DNA from: Chiloscyllium plagiosum
Lineage: Eukaryota
Direction: 5' to 3'
DNA length: 64,000 nt
Assembly: GCF_004010195.1 (NCBI RefSeq)
Contig: NC_057753.1
Coordinates: 13,443,979-13,507,978, forward strand
Position 1 is the first letter of the stretch. Every line of letters starts with the position of its first letter. Positions 12,301 to 24,429 of the stretch are shown here, in pieces. Both the position numbers and the translations under genes were made by a program. Below the pieces are notes generated by a model. That model did not search any database and was not told where the DNA came from. It saw only the letters and a list, made by a program, of their open reading frames with translations.

Positions 12301-14512
12301 CGCATGTGGATTAGCGCAATCAATTTGGTCATGGCTAAGTTCGATTTCTCAGCATGCTTTAATCATTGTTCATCTTTTCTAATTCAATGGTAAGTTTATT
12401 AGTGCCCATCTTAAGTTCATTATTTCAGCTGACGCTTCTGGCCATAGTAACCTTCCTCTGCAGAAGTCCTGTTGAGTAGAGAATATAATGTTGTGCAATT
12501 TTTATTCAAGATTCAAAGCGACATAATTCATACTGGAAATAGAGTCTGAAACCTGAACAATGTAATGTATGAAAATTGGAATCGCAAATTGATTATGAAG
12601 GATTGGCAAAATGACAAAATGATTTGGTAGCACACAGGTGTTACTGAGTGGTTGAAGAGGTACTTTATGGTCTGTAATTTTTGCTTGTTCCTCGAAAACA
12701 GAAGCATGTAACTGGCAATATAATTCAACTGGCTAACGAAAGTTTGAAGATGCCTATGTTGCATGGTTTGAAAGGCTGCGAGAAAGAGTGAGAAGCGAAA
12801 GCATTGAAAGCAATTTAAAATTCAACAAAGGATAACCAAAAGACCGATTAAAGGGGGAGAGAGAAGATGAAAGGCATCTCAAACGAATCATAAATGTGGA
12901 CTGTAGAAAATGCTTACATAGATGAAATGAAGAAAAGCACAAAAACATACTGGATTGATACCTATGCCATCAGCTCCAATAATCACAGCCTTATCACTAA
13001 TGTCCAGTTGCAGAAGCGTGGCCGTAATATGCATTGCACAACTTCGCCAAGTGTCCTGCAACAGAACATTTTCATTCCCTCTACCACATATATAGTAGTT
13101 GAATGGGAACACTTCACTCACAGGCCATATTCGGCTGTATCTTGGACCTACATCGCATTCTTTCATGTTCACTTGGTCAAGACCCTATAACTCTCTTGCT
13201 AACAACAATCTGCGTGCCCCAACTCATCAAGAGTTGCAGATATTCAAGAAAGCAGGTCACCAACACGTTCTACCAGACAGTTAGGTTTGGTCAAAGCTGC
13301 TCTCCCTGGTTCTCTGTGCTGGAAGTGATACAATGCCACCTTCTGCTGGTGGCTGCACAGGCGATGTGTAATAATCTTTGGGGATTATGTCAGAGGAATG
13401 GCAGCAACGCACTGCATTGTACAAACGTACGACAGCATCTGCTTTCACACTTAATCAGTATGGGAATGATAGAGTTGAGGAGTGTGAAACATTGTGTGCC
13501 ATCTCCAGCAAATGAATGTGCCTCGAAAAGGCAGATTAAGAAACAGGAAGTCGTATAACCAGAAGCGTCAACACAGCAAACACTATGAACAGGCGACATT
13601 GAAATCTCAGCCCAGTTTTCTCTGTCACCCATTATACAAAGGTTTTGTATGTCTGGTTTCTCGGCATTCAAGGAATACAGGTGGTAGTTGTTCATCACAG
13701 TAAGAGTTGCAATCGATTGAGTTATATAACATCAGTTCATAATTGTTAACCTGCATCTCGAATATATTCATTTGCAGTGAATGCTAATTTATATTAAGTA
13801 CAAAAGCCTGAGGCGGTCTCTTTGCGAATTTGGGACTAACGGGCATGTAAATCCGGAATTTTGTGAACTTTGATAAATTCTTTAACGTTTCGGATACCTA
13901 TATGAACTACAGATGTTGCGGCTATCCAGGCATTCCAATCATCCAGCTGTATTCGGAAGCGTAAATACTTAAATTTCTTCTGTCATGGGAGATTTGTCTC
14001 GAGCTCTGTATTTGCATCATTATCGCTGGCAATTAAGTTAGATTACCTGTTTCCAAAATACACTGACTTCGCTTCAAAAAGTCGGGTTTTGAAAGATGCT
14101 CCAGCGCCTAGATCATATTATCCTGCTGCATGAAAAGTAGTTTGAAATGTCCATCCCTCCGTTCCGGTGAAGACATTCTAAATCAGTTGGAGATATCTCT
14201 CAATAAAGACTACTGCCTTTTGAGGAAGGACATTCCAAGTCTCACAATATTCTGTCAGATTAGTTATCCCTCATCGCTGATTAAATGGATAGATATATAG
14301 AGTCCTACAGCACGGAGTAGGCTCTGTCTCAAATGGCACACGCTGTCCGTCAACACTAACACAAGTTTCATGCACTTAGTCCACATCTTTCTAAACTTTT
14401 CCTATCCATGAAATTGTCTAAATGATTTTAAATGTTGCTAATGTACCCACCCACCATCTACGTTGGCAGTTCATTCCACATGAGTACTCCCCTCTGTGTT
14501 AAAAAGGTGGCC
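9301..14512. repeat. ~2605-bp tandem duplication (9301-11905, 11906-14512)
   Basis: Duplicated ORFs offset by 2605 (10283/12888, 10498/13103, 10785/13390); junction AAGGTGGCC|GGTGGATATT. Confidence 0.95.
10330..10670 (+). mobile_element. Ancient CR1/L2-like LINE 3' relic; paralogs ~12940-13275, ~29550-29890, ~48390-48735
   Basis: Resembles the shark LINE 3' segment ending AACAGCATTGTGGG..TTCAAGAAGGCAGCTCACCACCAC (here AACAACAATGTGGG..TTCAAGGAGGCAGGTCACCACCAC in the 48660-48727 copy); recognised by eye. Confidence 0.5.
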
Positions 14513-15511
14513 CTTCTGTTCATTTTTATTATTTCCCCTTTTAACTAATATCCTCTAGTTCTTGATTCCCCAACCCTGGGAAAAAGACTGAGTGAATTCA
14601 CACTATCCACGCCTCTCATGGTCTTACGCACCTCCATAAGATCCACCCACGCTCCCCTCAGTCTCCTACAATTTAAAGTTCTAGTTTGTCAAACCTCTCA
14701 TCATAAACAAACCATTGAGTCCAGAAAATATGCTTGTAAATTTCTTCTGCATTCTCTCCATTTTAATAAATCATTCATATAGCAAGGTGACCAAACTGAA
14801 CACAATACTCCAAGTGTGGCCTCACCAACGTCCTGCACAATTGCAACATAAATTCCCAATTTCCACACTCAGTTCCCTGACTGATGGAGGCTAGTGTGCC
14901 AAAAGCCATTTTTACACTGTCCTGTCTAATTGTGACTTTCAGAGAACCATGCATCTGAACACCAAACTCCGTCGGTTGCACAACCCCCATTAAGGCCCTA
15001 CCATCCATCATGAAGCTCTTGCATTGAATTGACTTTCCAAAATGCAAGACGTCACACATATGTGTATCAAATTCCATTTGCCATTTCTGGCCCAATTCTC
15101 CAGCTGATCAAGGTCCTGCTGCAATTTCTGATAACCTCCTTCAATGTCCATGATACTTCCGATTTTAGTGTCATCTACAAACGTAGTGTTCATGCCTTGT
15201 ATATTCTCATTCAAATCATTGATTATAGGAATATTGCATTTTCAAAATGGATGCATTTAAACGAAACCCTCTTATTACGTCCTGAGTATTGGAAAGTAGC
15301 CCTTGAGGAATTCCCAATCTGAGACCTCTTAAGAAAATATGATGCTTTCTGAAATGCCTACCGCTTCAATTTGACAGCAGGTGGTGGAACTGTATGATCT
15401 TCTTCAGAAGACAGGAGCAAGCAGACAACTTTGACACTGCAATTCTTTCAACATCAAGCCAGACGTAATTTCCATTGCACACGGGGATGGACACATACAT
15501 CCACTTGCACG

Positions 15512-15548
<37 letters not shown>

Positions 15549-16980
15549 GTGCACACCAACAGACAAAGACAAACACAGACACATACACACACATGTAAAA
15601 CACACACAAAGACATGCACATGAACACACAGAAATGCACTTTGGTAGCCACCTAATAGTACACATTTCCACAGACAGCAACGAACATAAATAGATGTGCA
15701 GACAGAAATATACATGGAAAGAGACACACAGACACCCAGAGGCATGCACGCACACACAAAAATGCACAAACCTGAAGTATAGTACGACCCCTGCTCACTT
15801 TCATTTTTCCCGCTATCTGTTGATCCACCTCTGTCAGCATTTAGAACAGAGAACATAGAACATTGCAGCGCAGTACAAGCCCTTCGGCCCTCGATGTTGC
15901 GCCGACCTGTGAAAACAATCTGAAGCCCATATAACCTATACTATTCCGTTCTCATCCATATGCCTATCCAATTACCATTTATATGCCTTAAGGTTGGCAA
16001 GTCTTCTACTGTTGCCAACAGTGCATTCCACGCACCTTCTACTCTCTTAGTGAAGAAACTACCTCTGATATCTGTTCTTTATCAATCATTCCTCAGTTTG
16101 AATCCACGTTCCGTCGTGCTATCTATACGGATCCGAGGAAAAAGCTCTCACTGTCCACCCGATCTAACCATCTACTTATCTTCTATGTCTCAATTAAGTC
16201 ACCCCTCAACCTTCTTCTTTCTAACGAAAACAGCCTCACGTCTCCCAGGTCTGTACTCGTAAAACATCCCAATAAATGTTGTCTGATCTCTTTCCAAAGC
16301 TTCCACATCCTTCCTACAATATGGTGACCAGAAGAACACGCATTGCTCCAAGTGCAGCCGTACCATTCAGGTTCCATTTCTGAAGCACCAGCATAATAAA
16401 TGTACAGCATCTTCCAATAGAAGGCGATTTCAGAGATGCTTGCGTGGTTTTGGGCAGACCCCATTAGAGACAGGTGGGTGCGTTTGTGTGTGTGTGTATA
16501 TAAGCATGTGTATGTGTATGCACGTGAGGGAGCTGTTGATTTCAGAAAGATCACCCTTGAGGGCCATCATACAATGAGTTACTAATGTTGCTTTTCCAGT
16601 AAGTACAGTACCCAGAACGGAAATGCACGTTCTCATCGCATCACGCAGAAGTGACACGCCGCTTCAAATCGCAGGCCAAGGTTTTAGGTTTAATATTGAG
16701 ATATTTTGCTTGCTTCAATAAGGCTGATCAAAGTTTGGAATACAGTTTCAGTTGCAATGAGTGAAGATATTACCCTGAAATCGTTGGGTGCTGCCTTTGA
16801 AATAAAAACGTGCAGAGTATCACAGGCAACAGGTTTTTTGGGGGTTGGAGGCGATTCCGCAACTCATTCCGCAACTTTGAAAGAAAGCAGCACTGTGGTT
16901 GACACGAAAACACCGCTTTTCTTGTCGTTAACTCCTTTTTTTCAACAAAACTCTGCGGACCTTATATTTCATGTGGCTTG

Positions 16981-17318
16981 ATGATGCCTGAAATTTACCG
17001 AGTTCTTTTCTTGCTTTCCTCTCTGATCCATATTGTAGAAACTCGAGAAGATGAAGTAAGGCAACTTGCACAGTGGACAATTGTTAAGGAGGCAGAAAAC
17101 GCTTCCATGGAGTGCTCCAAAACACTGACATCTGGCATAGTGCATTGGTACAGACAGTTCCCGAACCAGCCACCCCAGCATCTGGTCATAGCCAAAACAG
17201 AAGCTAATCAACGTGAGAGCATCTCCGCGTCAAGCAGTACAGACTACAAACACAGTGTCCTCAGTGTGAGAGACACCAGACTTAATGACACCGCCATCTA
17301 TTTCTGCGCCAATGGGGA
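16981..17318 (+). CDS. TCR V segment family A copy 2
   Basis: Open leader+V frame with C, W and C conserved (MEC..WYRQ..DTAIYFCA); RSS 17319-17357 CACAGTG-23-ACAAAACGG. Confidence 0.88.
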
Positions 17319-18570
17319 CACAGTGTTACAAACTGAGGGCGAGTCTGAACAAAACGGTACACCGCGTGGGAAGGCCGCAGTGCTGAGTATTAATGATATT
17401 ATTTCGAGTCTCTATCATTCGATGTTAAGGGGAATCCAGTAACAAAACAAAAATACAGCTGAGCAAGATGCAAAGAGTGCAAGAAGTGAAGAGAATTGGA
17501 AATCTGGGCGGCGACAAAGCATGCCTATACACGTGTGCGTATATTCGTGAAATATGACAGAAAGAGCAGAAATAAAGGAATAACACATGTAGTAGATAGA
17601 ATAGTGACAAACCATTGAAAGATAAATGGAAAAATAAGAAGTGTCATGTTAAGATGATAAATATTACATCATTTTAAGTCATAAATCAACCGCGAAGGAA
17701 AGTAAAGAGGCCTTTCTTTTAATATCATTCACATTTTAATGACAGTTACATAATACAGTCGTCTAAAAAGCTAATCTTACGGTATTACCCCATCAAAACA
17801 ATTGTTCATTTCCGTGTGGTGCAACGTTCTTAGATGTCTCCTGCAGTCAAAATGTAGTCATCATGTCTTCCTTCCAAAAATATTATAGTATTTGTGTGCT
17901 GCAGGCAACTCTGGCATGCATCAATAATACACCTTGAAAATATGGCAGTGAACCATTTTGTCCAGGTGCTGCAATGTATCCAGTGTAGATACCGTGGATA
18001 CGTTTGCTATGGGACAATGGAAAATTAAAGAAATGTCGATAACTATGAAACTTACCACAAAATACAGCCAAATCGACATTCCACTTAACTATTTAAGTAA
18101 TTGAAATGTACATTTTTTAAATGGACATCATCACTGTGTTCAAAACACTTAAAGACACTGACCCTCAGCCTGGGCTTGAAAGTTCTCAAAACGCCAGCGA
18201 GTAGTCCTCTTAACTGCAGGACTCCCGTTTCTGACACTCGAACAATGTGGTCTGTGTTCCTTCTCTGACTTCGCCTAATGACAAATAAAACTGCCAAATG
18301 TCATTATTGGTTCAAAGCCTATGCAAGACCCCGTTGTCTGGCTAATACATTCACCGATTTCCTTTCTTTTGTGGCCCTCTGAAATGAAGTTCAAGGAGCT
18401 GAAGCAGATTGGTTGAATTGATGAACAATGGCGTTTGACAATCATGGATTCGCACCGGATGCCTTTGTCAACAATGAACCAATGGGCAGAGATCCGGAAA
18501 TGTTAGCAATCCTTGACGAAAATTATTTCAGCTTCGATCTGCTCACATTCACTCTAATCTCTCGTCAACA

Positions 18571-19660
18571 ATGACGCCTGGAGCAATGTGTTTATTCATC
18601 TCAGCTGCAGCTGTTCTAACGGGTAGGTTGATAAATTGAGGATCCTTTTCTTTCAGATCCGCAGCGGCAATTAAATTTAACCCAGCAGTTCCATCACGTA
18701 GAGGCAGCGATACATTGTCTCCAAATGAAAATAATTGTAAGGAGCCAAACTTTTCCAGCACCAGCACTATTTAGGATGAGTTAGCAAACGACCCAATTGA
18801 AAGACAGTGGAAGATTTAGGCTGGGAATTAAGAAGGGCTGGGTCCGTTTGGATATTTTCACAGAAGCGAGAGCTATAAGCTCACATACCGTCTGCAGTTT
18901 TCCCTTCAGGATCGGGAACGAAATGGACAATGACCTTGTTAGACTATGTGAGCTGTGTACTGAAGGAAGTTTTGTTTAATCTGGCAAAGCCCTTTACCAA
19001 TACAGACCCCAAAGTTAGCGGGAAATTAATTTTTGTTTATCTTCCCTAACTTATTTCGCAGACTATTGTTCAAGGTGACAGGATGACTGTGGCATGAGAA
19101 CAATGAAGTTTTTTTCGTAATTTCCGAATTTTCGTGGAGTCTCTAACTTCCAAGTGCTGATCTTGCTCATGTTGACTTTTGCGACATAACCTGTATGCCT
19201 CTGTCTAAGTTTGTTCTTCTCATTCTATGATCTGCATATACTTCTTTACTGCGATCTGCCTACACCGCTGGTAAAGAAAGCTTTTCTGTGCACTGAGGTA
19301 CACATGACACATAGTCCATCAATTAAGCAATCAAGTAAATCGATTAATTGATTTTGCAGGACTTTGTCGAGGTGATTCTGTCTCACAGACACCGGTTTCG
19401 ATCGCAGTGAATGACGGGGACAGTGTCCAGTTGTTCTGTAATTATACTACAACAGGCACTCCTTACCTTTTCTGGTACCTTCAACATTCCAGTGGTTCCA
19501 TGGAGTTTCTGCTCCGGAGAAGCAAATTTGGAGCGAACGTAGAAAGGTTTCAAGGAGACCGGTTTTCCTCAGAGCTCGATCATGTGAACCGCACCATCAA
19601 CCTGAAAGTCGTGAAAACAGAACTGGCAGATTCTGCAATGTATTACTGCGCACTGAGCCC
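18571..19660 (+). CDS. TRAV: TCR V segment family B copy 2 (leader 18571-18622, V exon 19360-19660), potentially functional
   Basis: MTPGAMCLFISAAAVLT, phase-1 GT..AG intron, GLCRG-DSVSQTP..FCNY..FWYLQ..DSAMYYCALSP. Confidence 0.9.
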
Positions 19661-19699
19661 CACGGAGACTCAGAACTGGGCTCACCCTGAACAAAAACT
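19661..19699 (+). other. 23-RSS of V-B2
   Basis: CACGGAG-23nt-ACAAAAACT. Confidence 0.9.
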
Positions 19700-20664
19700 G
19701 TCAGGAAGTCACTGAACATGATAGTGTGTCAGGCAAACGGTTACGTCCAACAAAATCCAAAGCATTTGGTTAGGGAACCAATGATCGGTCACGCGATTCT
19801 GACCGGCCACGTGCATCGCTGGAGCAACCTGAATAACATTAAACATTTTGTGCTGTATTGAGTACTGTCTCTGCAGCTGCATGTTCGGACTTTCAAAATG
19901 GGGCAGAGACCGATTCGTAAGGTCCAGGATAACGCAGGCTTGCTTTCAAGCACCAAGAAAGTGGGATGTAACTCAGACCTGAACAACACTAACAAAATAA
20001 ACACACTCAATAAAGGCTGATTAATGAGTCAAAGCCGCCAGTGAAAGTCTCAGTCGCATGTGGTGTCTGCTTGCTGGGCTGTCTGGGAATGAACATTCTT
20101 CACCAAACACCTAAGTTTGCTGATTGTTCCCAATCGTTCACATCTCATTATGTCAATTGTATCAAGACGAGAGGATCCTATCCTCCCTCTGGCGACATTT
20201 AAGAGAAACCGAATCCTATTATGACTACAAATTTCATTGGAGAAGTTGAAGGTGATCTGCCTCTTGGACTGCTGAACGCCTTGGGATGGAAGGAAACTCA
20301 TAGTGCTGTTAGCAAGGGAGTTCAAGAATTTTGACTCAGCAACTGTGAAAGAATATATACTGCTCTGGGTAAGATGGTGACTTACTTTGAGAGAAAGTTA
20401 CAGGTGGTATTGTAATCCAAACGTTCGGAATTTTCGAATCGATTTAGTTTATTCTTGGACATATGCCTCGTCCGGGATTCTGTTCATCTCACAGTCTGGA
20501 CACTTATCAGTGACAGCAATGGGTTTCCCTTGGGAATCATTAAACTAACGGACTGATACTGATACAAAAACGGGATTTTCTGGAAAAGCTCAGCAGGACT
20601 GGTGGCATCTGTGAAGAGAAATTAAAATTTACATTTTGTGTCCTGTGCCCCTTCCTCAGAATTG

Positions 20665-21380
20665 AGACAACATTTTCCATACAACCCCGATTTGAAGACA
20701 TTGCTTGGTAGGTGGTGGGAAGGACAATACCATGCATGCATAGTCCGCGTTTGTTACCACACACTGCCCTTGAATTGGCTGCCGAGGATTTGAGACTGTC
20801 ACACATCTCCTGTTCGAATGTGCCTTTGCCAAGTCAGAGTGGAGGAAAATGCAATAGTTTTGTTGAGGTTCGTCCTGAGCGGTTCCGTGTGCACTACAGT
20901 CTATTCCCTCGAACGAACACCTTTTCATCAAAAACATCTTGAGGACCATCAAAACATTGAAAGACACGCTTTGGTGTGGCCAAACCTTGTTCGTCTTCCA
21001 GAACAAGGAATTGACCCCGATCGAGGGTTCCAAATTGTGATATTCCAATGACCAGGAGAACATGCTACGGTCCACATTAAAGCTTGGGGCAGCTACTGCC
21101 AAGACACAGTCGGGGAAAGACCAGCCTCTGAGGTCATCCTGCTGAAGGTAAATTAGGGTCCATTCAGTTATCGGACTCTCCTCGTGTGGCAACTATATAT
21201 AGATTGTACTGTTGGAAGTGCAAGAGAGGTCTTTGGTTTTGTATATAATCAAACTCGATTTTTCTGTGTATTTACTTGATATGCAACTGTGCAGAACTGA
21301 ACGGTTTTTTTTGGTTCAATGTATATACACAAAGAGATCTGTGTCATGAATAAACTATATTTTTGAAAGTAAAAGAAGTT
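20665..21380 (+). mobile_element. Tx1/L1-clade LINE 3' fragment; paralog split as ~36775-36891 + ~39608-40205
   Basis: Remnants AW.VVRR.LP, ETV.H....CAFAK and KDTLWSARALVIFQKKEL..CCRL..DY.LR..LKIG.A.AK; ends AATAAA plus A-rich tail. Confidence 0.6.
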
Positions 21381-21497
21381 CAATCAAAGCGTGATTATTG
21401 CTTATTGAGAAATTCACCCAATACCCTGCTGTGGCGACATGAATCAAAGTCAAAAGTGTGGCACTGGATAAGCACAGCAGGTCAGCCAGATCAGGAG

Positions 21498-21533
21498 AGT
21501 CAACGTTTCGAGCTTCAGCTCTTCATCAGGAAT
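21498..21533 (-). ncRNA. Minimal hammerhead ribozyme motif in a Penelope-like terminal repeat relic (~21450-21535)
   Basis: Minus strand ATTC-CTGATGA-A-GAGC TGAA GCTC-GAAA-CG-TT-GACT: intact core, 4-bp stem II, palindromic stem III. Confidence 0.7.
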
Positions 21534-22084
21534 GATGCCTTTCGCCCCTGACTTGAAGTGAAGTCAGTCATAGGTCTCTGCAAAGACTGCTTTGTATTCA
21601 CAAAACAACAAGTGAAGTTAAATCATAAAGTGCTACCACTGCGGAGGAATGGTACGATAATGAAATCGTTGAGAAATGCGAAATAAAATCAGAAACTGTA
21701 GAAGCTACAGAGCTTCAGCAAATCTTGTAAGATCTGTCAAAAGAAAGAAGTGTTAACGTTTTGAGTCTGATATGACTCCTCTTCAAAACGTTTCCTTCTC
21801 ACCTTTTGCGGCAATGGTTGAGAGAACGCATCGTTAACACCAATGTTCTCCATGCTACTGAGGTGCATTGGTGATAATTAATTCCGTATAATCTGATCTC
21901 CCAATCTTCACTATGTAGGTTCAAACTGAAAGCCAGACGCGTGACATTGACAATCTCAATTTTATTGTTCCTCTTATCATTCTAAACTGTTCGCTTCTGA
22001 ATTGGCTGCATTTTGCTCTTTCAAGTCTATCACCAACTTCGAACAGAATATATCCCAGTCCAACCGTTCCAGAAATATTTCAAA

Positions 22085-22692
22085 GTATTGAGTACAGGAG
22101 TTAGTGGGTAAAGTTGCGGCTTCACATGACGTTGGTTAGGCCACTGTTGGAATATTGCGTGCAATTCTGGTCTCCTTCCTATCGAAAAGACGTTGTGAAA
22201 CTTGAAAGGGTTCAGCAAAGATTTACAAGGATTTTGCCAGGGTTGGAGCATTTGAGCTACAGGGAGAGGCTGAACAGGTTGGGGCTGTTTTCCCTGGAGC
22301 GTCAGAGGCTGAGGGGTGACCTTATAGATGTCTACACAATTATGAAGGACGTGGATAGGTAAATAGGCAAAGTTTTTTTTCACTGGGGTCGGGGAGTCCA
22401 GAGCTAGAGGGCATAGGTTTAGGGTGAGAGGGGAAAGATATAAAAAAGACCTAAAGGGCAACTTTTTCACACAGAGGGTGGTACGTGTATGGAATGAGCT
22501 GCCAGAGGAAGTGGTGGAGGCTGGTACAATTGCAACATTTAAGAGGCATTTTGATGGGTATATGAATAGGAAGGGTTGGAAGGATATGGGCTGGGTGCTG
22601 GCAGATGGGGCTAGATTGGGTTGGGATATCTGGTCAGTATGGACGGTTCGGACCGAAGGGTCTGTTTCCATGCTGTACATCTCTATGACTCT
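22085..22692 (+). mobile_element. Young 5'-truncated CR1 LINE insertion specific to cassette II
   Basis: LVRPLLEYCVQFWSP..RLRGDLI, NFFTQRVVRVWNELP; CTCTATGACTCT tail; absent at the paralogous site ~40920. Confidence 0.92.
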
Positions 22693-23413
22693 AAATAGTT
22701 TCAATGTGTAATAGCAATTTACACTGGGCACTGAAGCATGTCCAATGACAGTCCAAACAATTGTAGTAACCAGAGTGTACATCTCTCAATGTTAAAGACA
22801 TTTATATACATTAGGATCAAGGATCGACAATATTAAATGGTGCCGTGACATTATTATCAAGACAGGAAGCGAATGAACAAACATTAGTTCAGCAATAATC
22901 TATTGCCCAGGAAAACTGAGTTGCAGGTTCCTGGAATAGCTAATGGATGTTCAAAAACCAGACCGAGGACAAAAGCCAAGTTGAAACATATTAGGAAGAA
23001 TGATAGGATTGCTTTTGGACATTGGACGCATCACACAACATTGATCGAAGTCAAGTTTCTGTTGTCATTTTATTCTGTGCCGCAAATAGTTCAGAATGTG
23101 ATCTTTCATGATTTCTTGTGTGCACCTCCGTCACTGGCGGGAGCACAATGCCAGATATTTCTAACAGTAATTCTATTGCAATCACTTTCATTTGCGCAAT
23201 GGCATAAATTCTCTGAAGGCATGTTGGCTTTTTACTCAAATGTATTCAGCATAAATTGAGGAGAGAGATCCTTCACGGATGCTGCACCCATTGACTACTC
23301 TGTGTTAATTATTTCGTTTTATATTAACTTGGCTCATTCTGGTATAAAGGTAGGAAGTAAATGTTACACTCGACTCGACTAGCCACACTTTGCACTTTGT
23401 TCCATTAGGGCGC

Positions 23414-23452
23414 TGTTATTGTACGAGGCTCAGCCTGGTTCCTGTCACTGTG
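23414..23452 (-). other. 23-RSS of V-C2
   Basis: CACAGTG-23nt-ACAATAACA on minus strand. Confidence 0.9.
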
Positions 23453-23967
23453 TGTCTCAGTCCACAGGAATATACTGCGCTGTCAGACACCTGCAGCTCA
23501 TAGATGGTGAAATTCCCCTCATTTTGTGACTTGTCCAAAGATGCAGAAAATCGATCGGACACCCCCTCTCCTCTGATGATATTGCCATAGTTGTCAACGT
23601 AGATTAAGAATGTTGGACATTCCCCTGTGTCCTGACGGTACAGTTGCAAAGTATATGTGTTATCTGTGGTCGAATATCTGAAATGAATGGTTACTGAATC
23701 TCTTTCAAATTGTATCGTTGAAACTGGCTTCTGTGAGATCGAATCGGCACAATTAACACCTGTTCAAATATAGAAAGAAAGTGACATTAAAATGACGATC
23801 ACTATGAATGTTAACGAGTCAACGCCTATACTGTAATAGAGGGAAACACAGATAAATCGAAGATTGCTATATACATTTTAACAGGAAGGGAATACTTTAC
23901 AACTCAGAAACTTGCCTGTTAAGAGCGTTGCAGTAGTGAGAAATGAGTAAATAGTAAGAGTCGACAT
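23453..23967 (-). CDS. TCR V segment family C copy 2 (leader 23967-23916, V exon 23759-23453); open frame but no Cys23 or Trp41
   Basis: MSTLTIYSFLTTATLLT, GC-AG phase-1 intron, GVNCA-DSISQKP..VTIHFRY..LQLYRQ..DSAVYSCGLR. Confidence 0.85.
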
Positions 23968-24133
23968 GTTTGCGGAGCAGATGGCAGGTGAGCTCAAAGA
24001 GAATTGAAGTTGATTCTTTTGAGCTGGGAGTCACTGGTGTGTCATATCCGGTCTCGCTGCCGAATGGTTCACCTCTGTCAGAATCACCATGTAGCACCCA
24101 ATCGGCCAGCAGCCGCTGTACTCCTCCAGTGCA

Positions 24134-24141
24134 TGACGTCA
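24134..24141. promoter_or_regulatory. CRE (TGACGTCA) in V-C promoter; paralog 60827-60834, mutated at ~42365
   Basis: Palindromic CRE ~170 bp upstream of the leader ATG with a nearby CCAAT; CRE motifs are established in TCR V promoters. Confidence 0.7.
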
Positions 24142-24429
24142 ACGTGTTGACTGCATGAAATCCACTGGGAAATAGGGGACGCCTGTTGCTCCGTCCAACC
24201 TGCTCCACTAATGAACAATATGGTGTTTGATTCATATAATTTCCAAATTCTGGCAGCCTACTCAAATCTCATCTGTTTTTTTGATGCATCAATCTACCAA
24301 TATCGAACCAAAATGTCCTCCACCCCAGGGCAATAAATACTTGCTGATCACTGAATAAAGCTGATGGGAGCACGAACTTCAATTCTCCTCTTTAACAAAG
24401 TCCGTCCTTGTAACTAATGGTAAACATTT

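Noticed and set aside
22030-22782. Longest ORF in the track (250 aa, minus strand)
   Set aside because: Antisense frame of the young CR1 insertion
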